Shown: positions 35,501 to 42,913 of the stretch, one piece after another | Position numbering within the stretch: position 1 is the stretch's first letter | How the letters are laid out: every line of letters starts with the position of its first letter | NCBI GenBank assembly: GCA_018500015.2 | Contig: JAHBAR020000015.1 | Location: 1 to 58,352 of the forward strand | Direction: 5' to 3' | Origin: Candidatus Kerfeldbacteria bacterium | GTDB taxonomy: Bacteria; Patescibacteriota; Patescibacteriia; UBA9570; XYC2-FULL-38-9 | DNA length: 58,352 nt | Position numbers and translations under genes: made by a program | Notes under the pieces: model-generated | Databases searched by the model: none | What the model was told of the DNA's origin: nothing | What the model saw: only the letters and a program-made list of their open reading frames with translations

Positions 35501-36192
35501 GCGACAACATGTCAGCTATTGCTTCGCAGATCATGGAGCATATCCGTTTTAACTGGAATTTGAGCTACGCAGCATGCGAAGGTTCAGACAAAGAGAAGCT
35601 TGTGCGCGATACTAAGCGTATTACTGACATTGGGGCTATTGCATCGCTGGCCAATACATACTATGCCGCAAACGGAGAGTATCCATTGCCACAAAGTGAG
35701 TCGTTTGGTTCTTATATTTCAAGCCTCACAACCAGTGTGTGGACTTCATGGCAAGGTGCATTAGGCAACATTTTGGGTTCTACATTACCAGCAGATCCAT
35801 ACAATTTCTTCTACGCTTCAGATGCAGATGACCCATGGAACGCAAGCTCAACGCCATGGGAATACACTGGGGATAGTAGTTCTGTAGAAGATTGTGCATA
35901 CAACCCTGATGAAAATGAGTTTTATGATGAAGTGGGTACATGTTGGGATCCAATCAATAGCAAATTCTTTTGTCCAGCATATTCGCATACATATCTCTGG
36001 GCTGTAGATCCAACAAATCAAAATAATGCATCGTTGTATGCAAGTATGGAGTATGATAGCTCTACAACAGAGACATACATCACCGACACAACAGTGACCG
36101 AGCCATGTAGTAGTGCGGATCCAGATTCAACATGTAGTTGTTTCAACTATGTATTATCCAGTGATGGAGATCCGGGAGGCACGTGGAGATAA
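29554..36192 (+). CDS. Giant surface protein (2212 aa): T4SS-pilin-like (VirB2/TrbC-type) two-helix N-terminal anchor, multiple Ig-like (SbsA/Big-type) and IPT/TIG-like domains separated by Cys-rich knots, and a C-terminal type-IV-pilin-like globular region
   Basis: The start is ATG 29554, opening a signal-like sequence MRRSHFIFSLVSAVVFALGSRSAFAQV. The anchor reads DPVTVILNILAWFLGIVALIALGLTVYGGFLWMTSGGNEEKVEKAKQVLRNAIIGLLIILSAWGIVLYVIG. TDTTPPTV...FSEPM is an Ig-like motif. Five or more modules resemble PVIT.ISPDNG..G..VTV.G..FG, each preceded by C..D.DC.SG.C....C. Near the C-terminus is IASLANTYYAANGEYPLPQS...LPADP. Confidence 0.8.
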   Translation: MRRSHFIFSLVSAVVFALGSRSAFAQVRTNFTNIGLSSTDPVTVILNILAWFLGIVALIALGLTVYGGFLWMTSGGNEEKVEKAKQVLRNAIIGLLIILSAWGIVLYVIGVFSDATGTSTTNGNGTGGSCIGCSIPSSGDTFGVLSTNPTASETNVVLCTDVTVRMTDAVDQSTVTPDAFFMQVVDGRNAGAACTQNTECSSGLCSESLCQGDVVAGTIGFAPGESTSYFNFVPTQTFEQDTTYEVTVAGGADGVLSLDTTDDGVDDSLSMGATYTWQFTTGSETDTTPPTVEVSSSSPYPADGTTNVCLYTVINFDFSEPMRITTFNDDLSFVVDKADDGLLPDWADAINLTGWSFGAQFDYAQARPQTSLEANAVYGARLYAGDPLNNFAGALTDSCGNSLDGNANGVSEGSTIDNYLGYDNTATPEDPITWTTGENAECTPIVNAFTPASDYYGEYAGLRAGDACSVNSDCGSGSCVAGVCQDFGATTLSITGLYLGPHPEVLMEGSQIFAGDGINSCFNEEHIGNNPGNVSLGDSCIDDELQSDSQIVMRTPVGAATSTPISVTVAGETSEQSSTELTVLSPYISALSPNNGSVGQYVTVVGANFIDEQGGGFVRMISADGTRVSTLTIPEACGDVWTDGTIIISAPETYTNTDGTTGSWESGDVGYVQVRNANGRYSDLQEFTFNTISRPNLCQVVSSCDNSGGQDFYVTGDNFGVSKSSNDQVTFASGDATGYYASVSSADWTSTQIDGTTPSDMAQDDYWVSVYDGDTGENSNTVPYSIPCSAAPEVVDIGTCSPDDSIYPVPNPRPDSTDVCINADVAVLFDTTMYPSSITTDTVYLEELNRGDEINSSYSPLTIVGRISNSHWSAVYGSNTYHGFKYDVISVPIDEDQDGIADGRGSSAHLRPNTWYRLTITTGVQSEERIALSENYTMTFKTRDSSELCDVSTIAVDPSSVTKNSYWDSEANTRVSARFSGSPYTASCQLLDADSYDWDWSIDNTSVGDFGTGPDSTSNQSVYVAGNDAENEGTARVTADVSGITDTSNFVVDLGYCDTDADCSSCSGSVCNESTHECTPVITDISPDNGDNGTWVTVAGCMFGSARGSVNMLSDDGSISTPADWPNEALCGDTWTNESVVVEVPAQYDTTGDGLDDAELPSGLYHFSIALPSGLSYASSLDYTLDDSQHPGLCLIDPNEGGEGAGFTAYGQGFGTDVGSASFNGTDDYNGDGTPDRVATSDANTSWTDAVINSIVPSGAVTGRAVDGQQGFVVIGAGGDPNCTDDSCSNALDFTVSCTVDADCASGTCDESGMCVPNDGTTSCTTDADCQVGVCGASSCSSEGTCTPVITSIDGDSGPNGAFTTVQGCYFGNYASGSAITFTNDAGVVSTGTFPCTDSWSDSQVIIEIPEASELPLGTTADVRVTTSQALTSNAEVFTVTNVCSTGAPVPSSGVPLLCDLIQSSGDSGSTVEFVGDRQVSSGQSDTFYNNADGDDFQYTDATSSTVAVPENAVTGNANVVVNSCASNGLAFTVTCSSTSDCGEGAYCVDNVCTADIAATCGACTTGTSDAVCGTSQGCYYNSGETAFCCGARPQLESISIENGAENICPNTEIIATFSEGIDNYDSAITLQKVVDNGDGTYTTVATETISVRPTDENFTTFALTPDQLDVSSTYLLTLQSSADASSEQLNSTSTGLALQGGTQQYLFSTASSMCVPDHIDLLNDETGESSYTFSEANATTDFTAYMLSSDNQYLASTDEMSWEFVWDPYYDDNRCDNVAWVDTTSEEDATGESSATSETQTIQSGDEHDRVDTITATASALSGWTGDLSDAASVATFYCPSGEAWQYIDETDGDGYVSHAYPQHFRLIYCDNDTLPTLNAIVDTGSAEDDWFLQYLFVSEEDKEDAFGIRVYQNSERLSPAAWYAANVPNPGSVNETTVDGYEAIQDGTSYYIAASNIDDDTNGDGLDELYDNIYLITFNESDNMSAIASQIMEHIRFNWNLSYAACEGSDKEKLVRDTKRITDIGAIASLANTYYAANGEYPLPQSESFGSYISSLTTSVWTSWQGALGNILGSTLPADPYNFFYASDADDPWNASSTPWEYTGDSSSVEDCAYNPDENEFYDEVGTCWDPINSKFFCPAYSHTYLWAVDPTNQNNASLYASMEYDSSTTETYITDTTVTEPCSSADPDSTCSCFNYVLSSDGDPGGTWR

Positions 36193-36207
36193 TGCCGGAA
36201 CGAAGTT

Positions 36208-36852
36208 ATGAATGAAGGAAGACAAACACAATCTTCATCAGAGCAATTACCTGAATCGCAACCGGTGATTCAAGATATTTTTGCTGCCGCAGATGAGCAG
36301 CAACAACCTCTTCATGAGCTTCAATATCAACCGTTGCCGAATATCCCGCATACTCCCACCAAGGTTACTGAGGTCCCACATTACAGCGCTCGGCCGCGCT
36401 GGGTATTGCCCGCGCTCATCGCTGTTGTCGTGCTTGTTCTTGCGGTGACAGCTACTGTGATTTTTATGGTGAGTAGATCTGAAGATTCTAACAATCTTAA
36501 TCAGGTGAGCGTGGTTAATGTAAACACTTCTCAGCCAATTAACGAGGTGCATATTCCTAGCGCAAACACCAACGCTCCAGAGGTTGTTGTAGACACCGAT
36601 GGTGATGGTCTCACAGACATAGAAGAGTCTGAGTATAAAACCGATATTCGTCTCATAGATAGCGATCAAGATGGATTGACAGATCGCGAAGAGATAAAAG
36701 TGTACGCCACGAATCCGTTGAAGTCCGACACTGATGGCGACCGTTATCTCGACGGCGAAGAGGTGCGAAAGTTGTTTAACCCTAAAGGCCCGGGACGACT
36801 CTTTAATATTAAAGAGGAGATCGACAAAGCCCAATCACAAACCAACCAATAA
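36208..36852 (+). CDS. Single-pass membrane protein with thrombospondin-type-3-like Ca-binding repeats
   Basis: TM helix WVLPALIAVVVLVLAVTATVIFMV, followed by DTDGDGLTDIEE, DSDQDGLTDREE and DTDGDRYLDGEE. Confidence 0.75.
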   Translation: MNEGRQTQSSSEQLPESQPVIQDIFAAADEQQQPLHELQYQPLPNIPHTPTKVTEVPHYSARPRWVLPALIAVVVLVLAVTATVIFMVSRSEDSNNLNQVSVVNVNTSQPINEVHIPSANTNAPEVVVDTDGDGLTDIEESEYKTDIRLIDSDQDGLTDREEIKVYATNPLKSDTDGDRYLDGEEVRKLFNPKGPGRLFNIKEEIDKAQSQTNQ

Positions 36853-36855
36853 CGT

Positions 36856-37938
36856 ATGTTCGAAAACCAAATCCACAAAACAACTCAATCGCCAACTCCA
36901 CCATCGGCACCATCAACCGCTACAACTCCGGAACCGCAACCGCAGACACCGATGTATACCATGCCGGCAAAATATATTCCTGAGCGCAAAGTTGTGCGGC
37001 AACATTCTTGGTTACCATGGGTATTATTGGGTGTATTGGTGGTGATTTTGATCTTTGTTTCCATACTTGCTGTGAGTGTATATCTTCAGTCACAACAGGC
37101 CGGGCAGCAAACAAACACAAATCTCAATACCAATACCCAGAATACCAACCAGAACGCAAACATCGTCAGTAATAAAAACCGTAATACCAACACCGGCGCC
37201 ACATTAAATTTTAATATTAATGGCCAGTTGAATACAAATATTCAAACCGGTTTAAATGGAAATACCAATACTTTAACAAACAGCAATACGAATACTTCCG
37301 CCGGCACGACACCCGGACTTTCATCAGATATTAAAGATTCACGTGATAAAGATCGTGATGGTTTAACTGATGTGGAAGAGGATTTGTATGCTACAAAATT
37401 TCAACTGCCTGATTCAGATAAGGATGGATATGTTGATGGAACCGAGGTTCGTGGTTTGTTCTCACCTACTGAAGAGGGAAAGACTCTCTTGCAAAGCGGG
37501 CTGAACATTGAATATACCAACGCACTCTATGGATGGAGTATTCAGTATCCAAAAAAATGGGTTGAAGCGCCATTGGGTTCTGATGAATCACAAATCTTGT
37601 TCACTTCAGATACACAGCCCGGCGAGTTTGTGGAAGTCATTGTGATCGCGAATACAAACCATCAAACAGCAGCCGAGTGGTACATTTCACAGTATCCTTC
37701 CGTTACCTCAGCAGATATTGATGCAGTGACCTTAGGCGGTTTGCAAGGTGTCGTGGGTAAGGATGGATATGTGTATTATCTTGCAAACGATGAATATATT
37801 TTTACATTGGTATATCAGTTTGGTACAAAAAAAGAGGTGCATTATTCCACTACATTTGAAATGATGGTAAAAAGTTTTGAGTATACTGCACCAGCACAGC
37901 CTACGAATGTAAACTCAGTCACAAATTCAAATTCATAA
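36856..37938 (+). CDS. Single-pass membrane protein with an Asn/Thr-rich linker, TSP3-like repeats and a C-terminal globular domain
   Basis: One TM helix, then the linker QTNTNLNTNTQNTNQNAN...NTNTLTNSNTNT, then DKDRDGLTDVEE and DSDKDGYVDGTE, then an alpha/beta C-terminal domain of about 160 aa. Confidence 0.75.
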   Translation: MFENQIHKTTQSPTPPSAPSTATTPEPQPQTPMYTMPAKYIPERKVVRQHSWLPWVLLGVLVVILIFVSILAVSVYLQSQQAGQQTNTNLNTNTQNTNQNANIVSNKNRNTNTGATLNFNINGQLNTNIQTGLNGNTNTLTNSNTNTSAGTTPGLSSDIKDSRDKDRDGLTDVEEDLYATKFQLPDSDKDGYVDGTEVRGLFSPTEEGKTLLQSGLNIEYTNALYGWSIQYPKKWVEAPLGSDESQILFTSDTQPGEFVEVIVIANTNHQTAAEWYISQYPSVTSADIDAVTLGGLQGVVGKDGYVYYLANDEYIFTLVYQFGTKKEVHYSTTFEMMVKSFEYTAPAQPTNVNSVTNSNS

Positions 37939-37947
37939 GTAACAGTC

Positions 37948-38373
37948 ATGACAGCAGAACTTATTAAGCGTGTTCACTTATCAGTATTTGACGAAACACT
38001 CATGCGCAAACTTTTGCGCGCAACTGAGCGTATTGAACGATGTCCAAAAAAGCTCCACACTTCTGTAGCTATTGTTTCAAATACAGAAATACGAAAATGG
38101 AATGCGTTATATCGACGCAAAAACTATGCTACAGATGTCTTGTCTTTTAGATACTCTGCAACAGAGGCGGAAATTATTATTTCTGCGCAAAAAGTTCGCG
38201 CACAAGCCAAGGAGTATGGTAATACTCAAACTGAAGAAGCAGCATTTTTATTTGTACATGGCGTGTTGCATAATCTAGGGTGGGATCACGAACGATCAGA
38301 AAAAGAGGCTCGCCAGATGCGTGAAAAAGAAGTAAAAATTTTAAACTTATGCGGATTACATTGCGCACGTTAA
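37948..38373 (+). CDS. ybeY: rRNA maturation endoribonuclease YbeY
   Basis: TDVLSF and the zinc motif HGVLHNLGWDHE. Confidence 0.9.
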   Translation: MTAELIKRVHLSVFDETLMRKLLRATERIERCPKKLHTSVAIVSNTEIRKWNALYRRKNYATDVLSFRYSATEAEIIISAQKVRAQAKEYGNTQTEEAAFLFVHGVLHNLGWDHERSEKEARQMREKEVKILNLCGLHCAR

Positions 38374-38717
38374 AAGAAAGCACGACATATGCGTGGCGAG
38401 GCATTCTCTATGTATTTCGAAATGAGCAGAATTTTCGCATCCAACTCATTATTGGACTACTGGTAGTTGTGCTTGGGTGGATATTTCGTATATCAAAGCT
38501 TGAAGCTGTTGCGCTCATTTTTGTTATCACCGCTGTTCTTGTTATGGAAGTGTTGAATACTGTACTAGAACGCTTTATCGACATTGTAAAGCCGCGTTTG
38601 CACAGTTATGCCGGTGTCATTAAAGATATGATGGCTGGTGCGGTGATGCTCACAGCGATTGGTGCCATTATTGTCGGGCTTGTTATTTTACTTCCATACG
38701 TAGCACCGATTTTGTAA
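38349..38717 (+). CDS. dgkA: Diacylglycerol/undecaprenol kinase, DgkA family
   Basis: EQNFRIQL, EVLNTVLERFIDIV and KDMMAGAV motifs, three TM helices, and a 25-nt overlap with ybeY. Confidence 0.85.
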   Translation: MRITLRTLKESTTYAWRGILYVFRNEQNFRIQLIIGLLVVVLGWIFRISKLEAVALIFVITAVLVMEVLNTVLERFIDIVKPRLHSYAGVIKDMMAGAVMLTAIGAIIVGLVILLPYVAPIL

Positions 38718-38761
38718 TTGTGTTATACTTTTAAAAGTCAAAACACATTCATTTTTACCCT

Positions 38762-40015
38762 ATGGCTCGTGAAGATATTATCACCGGAATAGACATCGGT
38801 TCCACATCAGTTCGTGTTGTCTGTGGCCAGATCAAGACTGTTCGTGATCATCAAGAAGTTATTCAAATTATCGGTGCTGCGGAAGCTGAAACCGAAGGTG
38901 TAAGCAAGGGCGTTGTGACAAGTATTGAGGATGCTGTTGCCTCGATGTCAGCTGCTGTAGAAAAGTGCGAGCGTATGACTGGCGTTCCAATTGAAGATGC
39001 GCTGGTGAGTGTAAATGGCGTTCATGTGACTGCCCAACAAGCACACGGTGTCGTTGCAATTGCTAAGGCAAATGGCGAAGTGGGCGAAGATGATGTTGCT
39101 CGCGCAATTGAATCTGCTCAGAGTATTTCAACACCGCCAAATTACGAAATTCTACATATCATTCCTCGCTCATTTACCGTCGATCATCAAACGAATGTCA
39201 AAGATCCTATTGGGATGACCGGTATTAAGCTTGAAGTTGATGCACAAATTATTTTAGGGATGACTGCCCAAGTCAAAAATATCACCAAAGCTGTGTATCG
39301 CACCGGTGTGGATATTCGTGATCTTGTCTTTTCACCTTTAGCATCAGCCGAAAGCACGCTCACTAAGCGTCAGAAAGAGCTTGGTGCCGCAGTCATTGCT
39401 ATTGGCGGCTCTACCACATCTCTTGCTGTGTATGAAGAAGGTGATTTGTTATATACTTCAGTGTTGCCTGTAGGAAGCGGCCATATCACCAACGATATTG
39501 CCATTGGTTTGCGCACTTCTGTGGATGTTGCAGAAGCCGTGAAGCGTCAATTTGGTACGATGATGCCTGAACACGTAGGCAAACACGAAGAGATTGACCT
39601 TGCGACTATTGATGCTTCCGAAAAAGTATTGGTCTCGCGCAAAGAGGTTGCAGAAATTATCCAAGCACGTGTCGACGAATTGTTTGCTATGATCGGAAAA
39701 GAGCTCAAGAGCATTGATCGTTTTGCTAAGCTTCCGGCCGGGATGGTGTTTACAGGTGGTGGTGCAAAAATGGAAGGGCTTGTTGATCATGCAAAAGAGT
39801 ATTTCAAAACATCGGCATCTGTTGGCGTACCACAGCATATTCAAACACCAATTGAGAAGATTCAAGATCCATCGTTCACCACAGCAATCGGGTTAGTTCT
39901 TTGGGGCGCGAACGCATCCGCATCTATGAACATGCGCAACTCAAGTTCAAATTTTTCTTCTGTTGCTGGGGTTACTGGGAAGATAGGCAAGTGGGTTAAG
40001 TCGTTTATGCCATAA
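38762..40015 (+). CDS. ftsA: Cell division protein FtsA
   Basis: An actin-fold protein (GIDIGSTSVRVV, VIAIGGSTTSLAVY, FTGGGAKMEGL) directly upstream of ftsZ. Confidence 0.92.
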   Translation: MAREDIITGIDIGSTSVRVVCGQIKTVRDHQEVIQIIGAAEAETEGVSKGVVTSIEDAVASMSAAVEKCERMTGVPIEDALVSVNGVHVTAQQAHGVVAIAKANGEVGEDDVARAIESAQSISTPPNYEILHIIPRSFTVDHQTNVKDPIGMTGIKLEVDAQIILGMTAQVKNITKAVYRTGVDIRDLVFSPLASAESTLTKRQKELGAAVIAIGGSTTSLAVYEEGDLLYTSVLPVGSGHITNDIAIGLRTSVDVAEAVKRQFGTMMPEHVGKHEEIDLATIDASEKVLVSRKEVAEIIQARVDELFAMIGKELKSIDRFAKLPAGMVFTGGGAKMEGLVDHAKEYFKTSASVGVPQHIQTPIEKIQDPSFTTAIGLVLWGANASASMNMRNSSSNFSSVAGVTGKIGKWVKSFMP

Positions 40016-40044
40016 TTTGTGCGCTAATAAATTCAGATATTGTT

Positions 40045-40079
40045 AAAAAAGAATTAGGAGTAAATCCTAATTCTTTTTT
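40045..40079 (+). terminator. Intrinsic terminator after ftsA
   Basis: Hairpin aaaaaagaattagga-gtaaa-tcctaattctttttt. Confidence 0.8.
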
Positions 40080-40080
40080 A

Positions 40081-40169
40081 ACCCTCCGGGCTTGTTGCTC
40101 GTCTTTTCGTCTTGGTCGACGTACCGTAATGTACGCCTCCCGCGCCTAAAAGACTGCGCAACTGCGCAC
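40081..40169 (+). repeat. Family B partial copy (B4, right two-thirds only)
   Basis: accctccgggcttgttgctcg...cgacgtaccgtaatgtacgcctc...tgcgcaactgcgcac aligns with the right part of B1, B2 and B3. The palindrome insertion site is empty. Confidence 0.7.
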
Positions 40170-40348
40170 TATCCGAATTTCTATAGCGCACAAACAACAG
40201 CAGTATTATAGAGATTATTTTTTGTATTCAAGTAGCAAACAGGGGTGGATACAAAATGTGTTCAGAAACGTTGTATTTTTGAACTATACTCTGCTATTCT
40301 TCATTCTGTAATTTCTAATACTGTGTGCAACACCTTAGGTGTTCATTT

Positions 40349-41500
40349 ATGAAAAAAACTATGGAAGTAAAACCAGACATCGAGTCATTTGCAAAAATAC
40401 TCGTTATCGGAGTTGGAGGATCTGGCAATTCGGCGTTGAATAGAATGATTATGTCCGGCCTTAAGGACGTTGAGTTTTTGGCAATTAACACTGACGCTCA
40501 AGCATTGCATCACAGTCCGGCAAAAAATAAAATCCATATTGGCAAAACCACAACACGCGGTCTTGGTGCCGGCATGAATCCTGAAATTGGTATGAAGGCG
40601 GCGGAAGAGAATCAAGAAGAAATTCAAGATGCAATCAAAGGCGCTGACATGGTGTTTATCACCTGTGGTCTTGGTGGCGGCACCGGCTCAGGCGCTGCTC
40701 CGTATGTTGCGAAACTTGCAAAAGATGCCGGCGCACTTACTGTTGCTGTGGTTACAAAACCGTTTGAGTTTGAGGGTGCGCAACGTCGTAACATTGCTGA
40801 TGCTGCACTACGAGAATTGAGCGCAAATGTCGACACAATCATCACAATTCCAAACGATCGTCTTCTTCAAATCATCGACAAGAAGACATCTCTTCTTGAA
40901 GCCTTTGGTATTGTTGACGAAGTGTTACGCCAAGGTGTTCAAGGTATCTCCGATCTTATTACTGTGCCGGGTCTTATCAATGTTGATTTTGCTGATGTGA
41001 AATCTGTCATGCAAAATGCAGGCTCTGCACTCATGGGGATTGGTAAAGCCACCGGTGAGAATCGAGCAATTGAAGCTGCAAAGGCCGCTGTTGATAGTCC
41101 GCTACTTGAAATGTCCATTGATGGCGCTAAAGGCATCCTCTTCACCATTGCCGGTGGTGACAACCTCGGTATGTTTGAGGTTAATGAAGCTGCTCGCATC
41201 ATCACTGAATCTGCCGATCCAAATGCGCGCATTATCTTTGGCGCTGTTGTTGACGAGAAGATGAAAGACGAGATTCAGATTACAGTTGTTGCTACGGGTT
41301 TTGGTGATGTGCCACGTTCAACGCAAAAAATTCAAGCTACAAATCCTTTTCGTGATGTAGAAAGCATGAAGCCAGCCCCTCAGCAGCAAAAACCAGCTGT
41401 ACCATCTGCCCGTAACATTATGGCCGAAGAAAAGGTCGACAACACTCAAGAAGATGTTGACTTGGACATACCTGCATTTATTAGAAAGAAGATGATGTAA
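40349..41500 (+). CDS. ftsZ: Cell division protein FtsZ
   Basis: The tubulin signature [10 protein letters not shown], plus [15 protein letters not shown] and NTDAQAL. The start is at ATG 40349. Confidence 0.95.
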   Translation: MKKTMEVKPDIESFAKILVIGVGGSGNSALNRMIMSGLKDVEFLAINTDAQALHHSPAKNKIHIGKTTTRGLGAGMNPEIGMKAAEENQEEIQDAIKGADMVFITCGLGGGTGSGAAPYVAKLAKDAGALTVAVVTKPFEFEGAQRRNIADAALRELSANVDTIITIPNDRLLQIIDKKTSLLEAFGIVDEVLRQGVQGISDLITVPGLINVDFADVKSVMQNAGSALMGIGKATGENRAIEAAKAAVDSPLLEMSIDGAKGILFTIAGGDNLGMFEVNEAARIITESADPNARIIFGAVVDEKMKDEIQITVVATGFGDVPRSTQKIQATNPFRDVESMKPAPQQQKPAVPSARNIMAEEKVDNTQEDVDLDIPAFIRKKMM

Positions 41501-41508
41501 TTTTTATA

Positions 41509-41536
41509 AAAAAGCCCTCACAACGAGGGCTTTTTT
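41509..41536 (+). terminator. Intrinsic terminator after ftsZ
   Basis: Hairpin aaaaagccctc-acaac-gagggcttttt. Confidence 0.85.
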
Positions 41537-41567
41537 GTTATGAGTAAAAATGCTAGTATTGTTTTAT

Positions 41568-42035
41568 ATGCAATGCCCCGCGTGCCATGCTGAAGATACT
41601 CGTGTGATTGATACTCGCGTTATTGCTGAGGGTTCTGCAATTCGTAGGCGTCGTGAATGCTCAAAGTGCAGCTTTCGTTTTTCAACTATCGAAGAGATTG
41701 AGTTGCTCAGTTTGTCTGTGCGCAAAGTCACAGGAGCAGAAGAGCCGTATGACCGCGATAAGCTTGTGAATAGCATGAAGCTCGCTCTTGGTAAGCGACC
41801 AGTGACCTCCGAGCGTATCCGGCGTCTTGCGCATGCTATTGAGCAGGAAATTCAAACACTTGCGCACAACGACACCATAGAAACCAAAGAAATTGGCGCT
41901 CTGGTGATGAAACATCTTCGAAAGATTGATAAAGTTGGCTATATCAGGTACGCTTCAGTATATAAGTCATTCGACGATGTCTCGGCATTCGAAGATGAGC
42001 TCGAACACCTTACACCAAAGAAACGAAAAAAATAG
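41568..42035 (+). CDS. nrdR: Transcriptional repressor NrdR
   Basis: MQCPACHAEDTRVIDTR...RRRRECSKCSFRFSTIE (zinc ribbon) followed by an ATP-cone domain. Confidence 0.93.
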   Translation: MQCPACHAEDTRVIDTRVIAEGSAIRRRRECSKCSFRFSTIEEIELLSLSVRKVTGAEEPYDRDKLVNSMKLALGKRPVTSERIRRLAHAIEQEIQTLAHNDTIETKEIGALVMKHLRKIDKVGYIRYASVYKSFDDVSAFEDELEHLTPKKRKK

Positions 42036-42037
42036 AT

Positions 42038-42607
42038 ATGTATTGGCACAAACGACCACCGCATAAAGAATCTCACCCTCGCAAACGTCTAGGGCTTATT
42101 CATGTATATACTGGCGAAGGTAAAGGAAAAACAACCGCAGCGCTTGGTGTCGCGTTACGCGCAGCCGGCCATGATATGAAGGTGCTGATTATTCAGTTTA
42201 TTAAAGGTCATAAAGATTACGGCGAGATTTTGGTTACGCGTAAAATTCCTGACAATATTGAGATTGTACAGTTTGGTACGCCGGACATGACTGACTTTCA
42301 TGAGCCAAGCGCCATGGACACTTATTTGGCAGAGCAAGGGCTTGCCTATGCACGCAGAGCAATGGTGTATGATCGCCCGGACATTCTGGTTTTAGATGAG
42401 ATTAACGTTGCTGCAAAGCATAATCTCATTCCTATTCAAGAGGTTCTTGATTTTCTTGACCACAAGCATCAGGATACCGAAGTTATTTTGACAGGTCGTT
42501 TTGCACCAAAAGAATTTTTGAATGCTGCTGACTTGGTGACTGTGATGACCTCTAGTAAGGATCCGTATGATAAAGACTTCATCCCACGCCGAGGCGTAGA
42601 GCACTAG
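42038..42607 (+). CDS. cobO: Cob(I)yrinic acid a,c-diamide / cob(I)alamin adenosyltransferase (CobA/CobO/BtuR type)
   Basis: HVYTGEGKGKTTAALGVALRAAGHDMKVLIIQFIKG, LVLDEIN and ILTGR. Confidence 0.88.
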   Translation: MYWHKRPPHKESHPRKRLGLIHVYTGEGKGKTTAALGVALRAAGHDMKVLIIQFIKGHKDYGEILVTRKIPDNIEIVQFGTPDMTDFHEPSAMDTYLAEQGLAYARRAMVYDRPDILVLDEINVAAKHNLIPIQEVLDFLDHKHQDTEVILTGRFAPKEFLNAADLVTVMTSSKDPYDKDFIPRRGVEH

Positions 42608-42620
42608 TTTTCGTTTTTCT

Positions 42621-42793
42621 CTGGCACACTGTCGCGGGCAAAGCCCGACGACCCTTCGATACGTCGTTCGCGAACGACGTATCTTCGGGCTTGTCCTTCG
42701 TCCTCAGGCTCTCTCGTGGAACAGAAGTACTGCTTCGCGGCCGACTGCGTCGGCATCGCTCGCCCTGCGGACTCCAGGACTGCGCATTGTGCT
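42621..42793 (+). repeat. Family B structured repeat, copy B2 (carries the nested palindrome at 42658-42683)
   Basis: The longest copy. It starts 14 nt after the cobO stop. Confidence 0.9.
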
Positions 42794-42819
42794 CAGGCAA
42801 AAGCGAAAACATAAATTCA

Positions 42820-42835
42820 TGCCTATATATAGTGG
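42820..42835. promoter_or_regulatory. NrdR-box-like site (distal)
   Basis: tgcctatatatagtgg compared with the published NrdR box consensus acaCwAtATaTwGtgt. Confidence 0.5.
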
Positions 42836-42913
42836 TGTGTAAGAGAAAAGAGCGGGTTATCCACAGTTGGTTGATTTTGAGGATGTGTGATACAATCAGG
42901 TTCGGACCTTAAA

